Shown piece by piece: positions 55,699 to 64,000 of a DNA stretch of 64,000 bases. This DNA comes from a virus. The stretch lies in the IMG/VR virus record IMGVR_UViG_3300050343_000214, positions 1-64,000 of that record; one strand, 5' to 3'. The position numbers were made by a program, and so were the translations under genes. Every line of letters begins with the position of its first letter. Position 1 is the stretch's first letter. The notes beneath the pieces are model-generated. The model had not been told where the DNA came from. It worked only from the letters and a program-made list of their open reading frames with translations, and did no database searches.

Positions 55699-58600
55699 AT
55701 GACTTATAATTCTAATACTAACAAATCTATAATTAGAGAAAACCAAAGCGCCCCTAGCTTAAGTTCGTCTTATGCCATTCAACAGGGAGCAAGAGAAAGT
55801 GGCTTATTTGCTCCTGAGCAACAGAGTTTCTTGGGTGCTAGCATTACAAACTTTAGCGTACAAAACGGTGATGGTTCTAGTCCATCATCTTTATCCGTAG
55901 AGCTTGTAGAAGATCCTGACTTTAACAATTATGTCAATGAGATATCTGGTGTTGGTGGCTTTGAGTATGACCCGTATCACAACGGATCTAGTGACAACTT
56001 CAATCCACCAGCTGTAGGTATGCCTGTCTTTTTTGTTTACGCGACTCCAAGAGCTAAAATCAAAGATGCGTTTTACCCAACTGGCGCCCTTCCTAATGGT
56101 GAATCTATTTTTAAATTTGGGGGCTTGCTACAAAGTTTTCATCAAACTAATTCTGTTGGTGGTAGGACTTTTTCAGTTACAGTTTCAGACCCAAGAGAGA
56201 TACTATCCAATATATATTTGATATTAAATCACTCCGACACAAAAGTTGGAGACGTTGAGAACAATGTATTTAATGTGTTTGGTTTTTTAGAATACAATCC
56301 TACAGACGACACAAGGGAAATGTTTAATGGTTATACCTCTAACGTCTTAAGAAGGAGTGGGGATGGAACACAGTTTGCTGGCGACGACATGTATTATAGC
56401 GCGGGAATACCCGCCTTGCCAGCTAATCAGCTGTATCCTACGCATTACTTTGAAAATACAGGTTATGACATACCAAGTTCCCCATAACTGGAACTGCAAT
56501 GTCTAGGCGTGGATCTTACGGAATGCCTTACTACAGGATAATGCAAGGCTTATCTGCAATGAGCGCTACGCTTCCACATGCAGAATATTCTGGATTTTGC
56601 TGGAGGTATATATTATAGAGGTATGACATTCAATTTAGTCTTTAATGGACTACCTCCCTGTTCCTCCTATGTATTGTTTCGATCAAGACAGCACTGATCT
56701 ATTATCATTTTTGATAGAGATAGCTGACGCCTCTGGCAGAGAAATATCCGTATCTTTGAGGCCATCTCAAACCAATTCGGCTACTTCTTTCTCTGGTGGT
56801 GATATCATAATTAATTTTATTGATAGAACTATGGAAAGTTCTGTGGGTCAGATACGTAATTTTATTAAAAATAATGTGCCACAATCTAAAGATCCGTCAA
56901 GCGGTGGATCGTCTTCTGAGTTTAGTCAAGCTGAAAAGGAAGATATTGGATATGAAGCTACTAATCCTGAAACTGGCAAGATAGTATTTGGTGGTAATAG
57001 GGTTGACTTATATGCATTTACTAGCAATCATGATGATGGCAGATATTTTAAACTAAACAACGGGCAAGTACCAGTCCAATGGATCTTACTTTGCTAACAA
57101 TCAATTCTTGCCGTACTATGGGAAGTTGTCTGAAAATGTTTTCAGTCCCGTTAGAGGGTCTGGGGATTGGAGGCAAATATTATTAGACTCCAGTGGGCTG
57201 GGTGCGTTTGGGGTTGGCAACTATTACATTGCGACAGAAGTTGAATTGAGATACGCTGCAAAAAACTTTAAGGCTTGGAAAAGTTTTCTGGAGTTCTTTG
57301 ATCAACAAGTACCTGACCAAGCTAGTAACTAATCCAAGAGTCTAGATATCAAGATGTGTTTAGAGACGGTGGGGCGACTAAGAGTGCAGGATTCTGACGG
57401 GGTGCGCGTTAGAGGTCTGAAAGTTCCTAGATGCTTATTCACTAACGATACAGGTTTTGAAGACGGAGTGCCTAAAAATCCTTGTTCTCCACCTTTTGGT
57501 TTTCCTCTTTACTATGGAAGATCTAACTCTATAGGACTATCATTAGACGGTCTTATTGATCCTCGGTTTAGTGTTCTTGCTGATTTAAACAGGGTTAAAC
57601 AGTCTTCCGGTGAAGACATACAGGTGGTAGTAAATTATCTTATTGACAAGTATACTAAACTAAGAAATTTGAGAGGTATTAGTCAAGCAGAAGAAGACTT
57701 GTTAGAAAGTCTAGAAGAAGGAAATCTTAATCCAGAGTACTTACAAAGAGCTTCTGAGTCTCTTTCCAAGCAAGTATACACAGCTAAGTCTGCGGAATTT
57801 AGCAAAAACAGAAAAGAGAATGTACAGAAAATATATAACTTTGTTAGATCGGTAGCTACACAATGCTATGGTAAGAAATTTCTAGTTAGAATACCGAACA
57901 AGCCCAACTACAAGTTTGCTTCAGGTACTGCTACTGGAGTAGAGCTTAACGGCAATAAAAGCATTTACAAAAAAGGATATTTTGGTTTTCCCCCAAGGTC
58001 TTCTGTGTCCGGTTCAGACTTGAGCGGTGCAGCTGGTGGTGACGATATTTCATTTGTTTACAATTCCAATGACACCAATATTAATAACGATCAATCTAAA
58101 TTTCATAGAGCATTAATAACTAATTACAATCCTATAGATGCTGCTTTAGCACATAACTTTACTCCCAATGCAGCTGGTGGATTTTTAACTAAAAGCGCAT
58201 ATGCGACAGGGCTTAAAAGTGCATTAATACCTAGAGATTTAAGTTCCTTTGGTACTTCCTATAGGATACAAGGTTATGCTAGATATGATCACGCTGAATA
58301 TTTAAATATACCCAGTACTGATTGTTATACTGAAAAAGTCGGAGATGATCCAAATAGGAAAAACGCCATACCAAATAAAATAGCTGGAACAGATGAATTT
58401 GAGGCTCGGGTTAGTGGGGAAACTATGCTAGGTTTCATGCCTATAGAATTAGATGAAAAATATTATTTTCCAGCACAGACTGTTTCACGTACTGTTAAAA
58501 GATACGGTACAAACTTAAGAAGCAAAGTCTACTATGTGGCAGAAGCTCAAACTCCAGATGAGGATGGGAAACTGCCAGAGAATGCAACTTTAGAATCAAA

Positions 58601-59861
58601 AATAGAATTAATACCAAACTACAAATCTAATCACACACAATCTATAGTAGATTTTCCAAGAGACAGTATAGGCAAAATTATACCTTATCCAGATACATCT
58701 AGAGCTTACGCTCTGATTACTTTGCCAGAAAAGGTCACTGTCAAAAGAGACAACGTTGGAGACATACCGATTCGTAACCATTTTAAGGCGGCAACTTATA
58801 TAAATCATTTCGGAGACGATGCGTCAATAAATACAGTTACACACGTAAAGACAAACAAAAGATTAGATTTTGCTAATCAAGGCGCTTCTCTTACATTCTT
58901 TAACCCCAATAGGTTGTTTAGCTCTCCTAAAGGTTTGCCCCCAGACGTTGTTGTGTTGCCATTAGAAAATGAGCAGGCTTGCTATGGACCTTGGTATACT
59001 GGTCCCGTTAGAGTTAAAAATGATGATGATACCTACAGTTATAAGGTGATTAAAAACTCTGGAGGTAAGGTTAATATTGAGATGGATGAAAGTTTGACCC
59101 CTTGGAACTTTGGGTCATATGAGCTGATGAATGTAGCTGGCATGGCTAGGACAGAAGTTATTAATACTTTGTATTTTGCGTCAGAAAAAGGATCTATCAC
59201 TTTTCCCGGTATGCCTTTTGGTATCTTTGAAATAGGAGATATCGCTGCAAATTCGGGGCCAATACTAGACAGTATAAGTTTTGATATAGGCGTGGGTGGA
59301 GTTCACACTAGCTATAGATTTCAAACATATACTAGAAGTTTTGGAGCTATGAAAAAACAACAACAGAAATCTTTGGATTTAATGAAGACGCAATCTTTAA
59401 AAGCTGGCAAAGCTAATTTTGATTTATTCACTAAGGGGATAATAAAATCTAAATTTAGCGGCGCACTTCCCAAAAGACAATTTAAGCCTTACGAGTCTTT
59501 TTACGAAGAGCCAAGCAGTAGCACTACAGACACTGAAATTGTATCCTTAGTACCAGCTGTTAATCCAGCTGATCCCAGAGGGGACTCTTTTACAAAACTA
59601 ACGCCTCAAGCGGCTAATGTTTCTTCAGAAGGTCTGCAAGCAAGCATAGAAGGTTCAGAAGATATTACATCTTTAGCGGAAGAGAATTACAATTCTGCAA
59701 TAAAACAATCTTCAGACGGAAAGGTTGTTGTTTCTATGGAGCCTCACGCTAGCGTCCCGTCTGTAGATATAGGAAATGCTGAATCGTTAGAGTCGTTGTA
59801 TCAACAACCCACCGATTCGTATGATTTAGACAATATAACACTCAGTTATTGGAGGACATAA
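55699..59861 (+). CDS. Baseplate hub/Tal-like tail protein (~1380 aa; indels 56480-57370)
   Basis: SD AAAGGA. QSFLGASI..F....G..PS.LSVELVED at the N-terminus; YGPW, DESLTPWNFG, E.GSITFPG, T.YRFQTY near the C-terminus. Fragments are contiguous. Confidence 0.55.
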
Positions 59862-59862
59862 A

Positions 59863-62800
59863 ATGGCGAGTCAAGGAAACTTTTTTAGCTCTACTTCACA
59901 AAATCATCAGTTTCTTACTAATGATCCCGTGTTTTTAAAATATGGTTCTGGTAGTTTTACTAAGAAAAGTATTAAAAATGTTTTAAAAGGTATGAGGGAT
60001 GACGGTGATAATATATCAGATGAGGAATTCTACAAAGACCATCTAGAGGGAATAGCAGATGATGGCTTAACCATTGACATTATTAATAATGCAAACAGTG
60101 GTTCTTGGGTTGGTAAAGAATTTGTCGATGCTAATAATTCTTATAGCGACGTAACCTACACCTTTCAAGAGGTAATAGATTTAGTAGATACTTTTGAAGA
60201 AAAAATAAAAGACTTAACTAAGAAGCACGAAGACAAAGATACTGCTGTACAAAAAAGAACCGATGCAAAAAATTGGATATCTGCTAACATTGATACGTTT
60301 AAAACTGGAGAGCAAGAATGCTTACAGTTACACGGAACACTTTTTTATGATAAAGACTTAGACGACAACGGTAGTCAAAAAGAGTATTGGACTAAAATAT
60401 TTTTCTACATGCCTAAAGAAAGAAACAATGAAAGGGTTGTAGCCACCAAGGGAAAGACAGTTATATCAGACGTTGGCACTCGCGCTACTGGAGCCAAGTA
60501 TTCAACCAGCAAAACTAAATCAGCGTTATCAAGACACCATCCGGGCCTGTATATTAACGCTGATGCTATAGATGCTTCCAGCCTAGACGATCTTGCTTCA
60601 GGGCCATTACGATTATCTTACAATAATAGTCTTGGGATGTGGGAATCTTCTCAATGTATATTAGCTAGACTTATTACTGACTTGGCGCCAGCCGGTAACA
60701 ATCCGTTCACTATGCCGGATGAAACGAATGGTTACTTGTCTGATCCCGATGAGGCGGCAGCGTTTTATAACAAAGGGTCTGAATTCTATACTGGCAATTT
60801 TAGTACTGGGTTAGCAGTTCCTGTCAATGCTGAAAATAAAAATCCACATTTGTTTGGTCCTAATTTTAACATGGATGAATATGGCGAAAAATCAATAGAA
60901 AGAATCATGGTCGTTAACAGGGCAGAAAAAGAGTTTACTGCTGGCACGTTGATAATGTGTACTTTGATTGGGGCAGAGTGGATAGTTTCTGAATTTAGCA
61001 CAGCTGGTCAGGGATTTCCTACTAGAATGGGAGCTTGGACTTTCTCTAAATTTATTGCTAACTCAGATAATTATTTCAGAAGCAATGATGAAACAGACAG
61101 AATGTGGGACATAAATACATATGAAGACAGAGCTAGAAAGAGATGGTATGAAGATTGGAAGACATCAGTTGCTGATGGATCAGAATCTCATTTGGGATTT
61201 CACAACATTGCAACAATCGCTACAGACAACGGAGCGGAAAATGTTCCATTCAATCCCAGCTGTGGTTATCAAATGTGTACATCTTTTGATACAGCTAAAT
61301 ATCATAAAGACACTAAGATAAATTTTGATGAAATAATGTCAGACACTCAGGGAGATCCACAGGGCAATCACCTTCCTATATTTTGGGGTCCGGTTCTTCC
61401 AGATGGATACAATTCTAAAGCTCCCACTATAGGTGAAGCTGGCGCGTCTTTTGGTATCAATAGTGACAAATATTTCTACTCTACAGACTATCTAGATGAA
61501 ATGAATATCCCAGCGGACATGGCTGTTAACGGACCCTACAGTGAAGATTATAATACGTCTCCCATACTTCCGCTAGATTACTGGCAAGAAAAACTTTTTG
61601 GTGGTGGAAGTCTTTACAGTAATGCTAAAAGCTATAGAAACGAAATATTTGCTTCTCAAACTTACAAAAATGGTTTTGGGTTTCAACCTAAAAATCCAAA
61701 CAGACTTCAATTTGCTCCACTTACTATGGAGATGGTAATTAATACAGACGAAGATCAAGCAGATGAATCTAATCCAAATTACGACAATGGATTTACAGGC
61801 GGCGGTAAGGTTGCGATGTATAATAACTGGAGGCAAGCGTATGGTAATGAAAACATGTTTGGCTTTATGTTTGACAGATATAGCTGTGTTGCAAAACAAG
61901 CCAAGCAAATACAGTACGACAAAAAGGTTGAATTTAAACCTTTAAGTACTCCGTATAATTATTGGTATACTCTATTTAGAGACCAAGAAAATGAACAAAC
62001 ACAAGGCTTGAATCTTACAGCGGTCACGGCTGCTATCAACAGAATATCGCGCCCCGGTGGTGGAGAAGTTAATATTGAGGTTGCGCAACAATTTGGTACA
62101 ACACCCGCAAGAACAGTTTCAGGTGGACAGAATGCTTCTTTTAATGGAGTGGCTGCTTTCTTTGGTGTACCGTCCATGACTCCCGCTACTCCTCCAAGTA
62201 GCAATACTTTTACTCAGTGGGGTAGCGTTACAGATAAATATAATACAGCTGGGACAACAGCTCTTCACTGTAGAGCGTTTGATGCTTGGCCTCGTAGAGA
62301 TACTATATGGGATACGAGATTCTTTTCTGCTCTCCATTTCAATCCAGATTTAGAAGATGAAGACGGCAGGACAGATGTAGACTTTCAAGTTCCCACATTG
62401 TCTTGAGTGGAGGATTTCCTTCAGATGGTGCTTCTATCACCGCTGCCGATGAAGCTAGTTATAAAGACAAGAAAGATTGGACGTATGATAAAATACGCAG
62501 AGGAAAGCTTCTCACTAATGGTGGATTTAAATATAATAAATTAACTATTGGTCTAGACCCATCTAGCCTTGTAATAGCTAAAGCTGGCGAAACTGGCGTG
62601 TCTGGATTTGTTGATAATGATAGAAATGAATATAAGTTTTATGTAAACGTTACTGATGGCGCAGTACAATCTGTGGATTTTAACGCTTCTGATTCTTTGG
62701 GTGTTTCATTAGAAGGTGTAGATTTAAGTCCCTAATGCGTTCTCGGGCGCTTATGTTGATGATGACGGAACGACACACAATGGTTTTATCGTCAGGTACG

Positions 62801-63086
62801 CAGATGCTGTCCTTATATTTCAAGGGAAGGTCAGGCTCGTTAAAAGGCAAGATAATGGGCCTACGGAACACGGTGGAGTTGTCAGATGTACAGCTAGCAG
62901 CAAACTACGGGCAAGGTCAAGTAAGTGGCACAACCAGCGCTTCTTTGGCGTTAGATCCTAATAAATACAGGGAAATACGACGTTTATTTCTTCTTTCATA
63001 ATGACATTTCACACACGTATCAGAGCGCCGACTACAATCCCTTTATGTCAAATGGATTACAGTACGTGGTAGCTAATATAACTTAA
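59863..63086 (+). CDS. Large virion/tail protein (indels 62400-62980)
   Basis: SD GGAGGA. Fragments continue to ...YDVYFFFHNDISHT...LQYVVANIT* (TAA 63084-63086). Confidence 0.5.
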
Positions 63087-63091
63087 TTTTG

Positions 63092-63107
63092 GTGTATATA
63101 ACTATGT
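63092..63107 (+). promoter_or_regulatory. Putative late promoter GTGTATATAACTATGT
   Basis: Intergenic copy of the motif, upstream of 63136. Confidence 0.65.
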
Positions 63108-63135
63108 TTCATACCTTTTTACGGAGATTTTAACA

Positions 63136-63888
63136 ATGGCAGAGATCAAATTTATGGCAAATATCAAGGGCGCAGCAGCAACAGCTGACTCTAATTTGCT
63201 AAACCACACTGGGAGTAATGGTGAGGAGAAGCAAGGGCTAGGATTTTATGGCTTGGCTCATGGCTTGTCTGTTCCGGTTGGTAGCGTTCAAGACACTACT
63301 TTTGTGACCAACGAAACTGGAACAGCAGTCGGCTCGCAACTAAACAATACGGCTATGTCTTCTCTTGGAGATGGTAGCACGGTTGGCGAAGTAAAAGTAA
63401 ACAATTCAGCGGCAATTGATCTAAACAAATTGCCTAATTATTTATGCCCACTTAATCTGAGATTTACAAACGACGATGCAGTTAGAGTTCAAGAATGTAA
63501 GTTGCGTGTCTTTAACAAGAGCGACATTGATACGCCTGCTCAGGGTGTAACTACTTACGTCTTTGAGGCTAGGCATCCATCGAATCTTCAGACTGTAGGA
63601 AATCTCAACCATAGAGGTAGATCAGATAACAGCTGGGTTGAGTTCAGTTCTTCTACCGCCAACAACGCAGGGCAAGTTGTTGACATGGTAATGACACCAT
63701 CTCCGGGTGCGAGCGGAGTAAATACTGACAACCAAGACAGTGATACTGCCTTGGGCTATAGCACCACTGAGGGAGTTACACACGCCAGCACTCAGCACGA
63801 TTGGTATGTCGCTCTCAGCGCAGAACCTGAAAGCATTGGAAGCAAAGAGAATTACGCTCTGTATTTTACATTAGAATACTTGTCGTAA
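63136..63888 (+). CDS. Conserved hypothetical, probably virion protein (250 aa)
   Basis: SD GGAG. Intact ORF with its own promoter motif and terminator. Confidence 0.6.
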   Translation: MAEIKFMANIKGAAATADSNLLNHTGSNGEEKQGLGFYGLAHGLSVPVGSVQDTTFVTNETGTAVGSQLNNTAMSSLGDGSTVGEVKVNNSAAIDLNKLPNYLCPLNLRFTNDDAVRVQECKLRVFNKSDIDTPAQGVTTYVFEARHPSNLQTVGNLNHRGRSDNSWVEFSSSTANNAGQVVDMVMTPSPGASGVNTDNQDSDTALGYSTTEGVTHASTQHDWYVALSAEPESIGSKENYALYFTLEYLS

Positions 63889-63914
63889 TTTTTTTATTAG
63901 GTATGAAACAAGAT

Positions 63915-63948
63915 AGCTACCCACCCCTTGCGGGGTAGGTAGCTTTTT
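63915..63948 (+). terminator. Rho-independent terminator ending the structural operon
   Basis: AGCTACC-C-ACCCC-TTGC-GGGGT-A-GGTAGCT followed by a T-run. Lies between convergent genes. Confidence 0.85.
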
Positions 63949-63950
63949 CT

Positions 63951-64000
63951 TTATTCGTTGGTCTTCGTCTTGGGATTCCATTTAACCCAACCGTTATCAG
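63951..64000 (-). CDS. 3' end of a convergent gene (..DNGWVKWNPKTKTNE*)
   Basis: Open minus-strand frame from the window edge to TAA at 63951-63953, abutting the terminator. Confidence 0.55.
   Translation of the reverse strand, partial: DNGWVKWNPKTKTNE

Noticed and set aside
143-62871. Numerous short minus-strand and alternate-frame ORFs in the track (e.g. 354..1100)
   Set aside because: They are shadows of long + strand genes, with no recognisable motifs.
1-64000. Stop-codon reassignment explaining the broken genes
   Set aside because: The breaks require frame changes, not readthrough, and TAA, TAG and TGA all end well-defined genes.
1-64000. tRNA, rRNA, integrase or lysis genes
   Set aside because: None recognised. 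Intergenic gaps are mostly too short, and the longer ones contain terminator or promoter motifs.

Overview
This window is the morphogenesis (late) region of a large tailed dsDNA phage, with nearly all genes on the + strand. Gene order: prohead protease/scaffold (5'-truncated), head decoration protein, HK97-type major capsid protein, fibre-like proteins, head-tail adaptor, a ~23 kb cassette of modular fibre/adhesin genes (6992-29962), head closure/neck/terminator, tail tube, probable tail chaperones, a ~2200 aa tape measure protein and large tail-tip/hub proteins. The operon ends at a terminator facing a convergent gene. No tail sheath is seen, so the virion is probably siphovirus-like. Clustered single-base indels split at least 8 real genes in the ORF track, most likely long-read or assembly errors; I re-joined them by eye. 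Most notable: (1) the fibre cassette looks like a plug-and-socket assembly system, with a recurrent ~80 aa N-terminal module and a recurrent ~100 aa C-terminal module alternating along consecutive genes; (2) some domains are split across genuine gene boundaries, including one module with halves 9.75 kb apart (each with a Cys that the intact paralogues lack) and an RCC1 propeller started by one gene and closed by the next; (3) a phage-specific late-promoter motif GTGTA-W4-N4-T-R, partly hidden inside CDSs; (4) paired cupredoxin-like domains with and without copper ligands; (5) pervasive Ser-Gly and poly-Thr motifs. All product calls come from motif recognition and synteny, not database searches. 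The host cannot be determined from this window.
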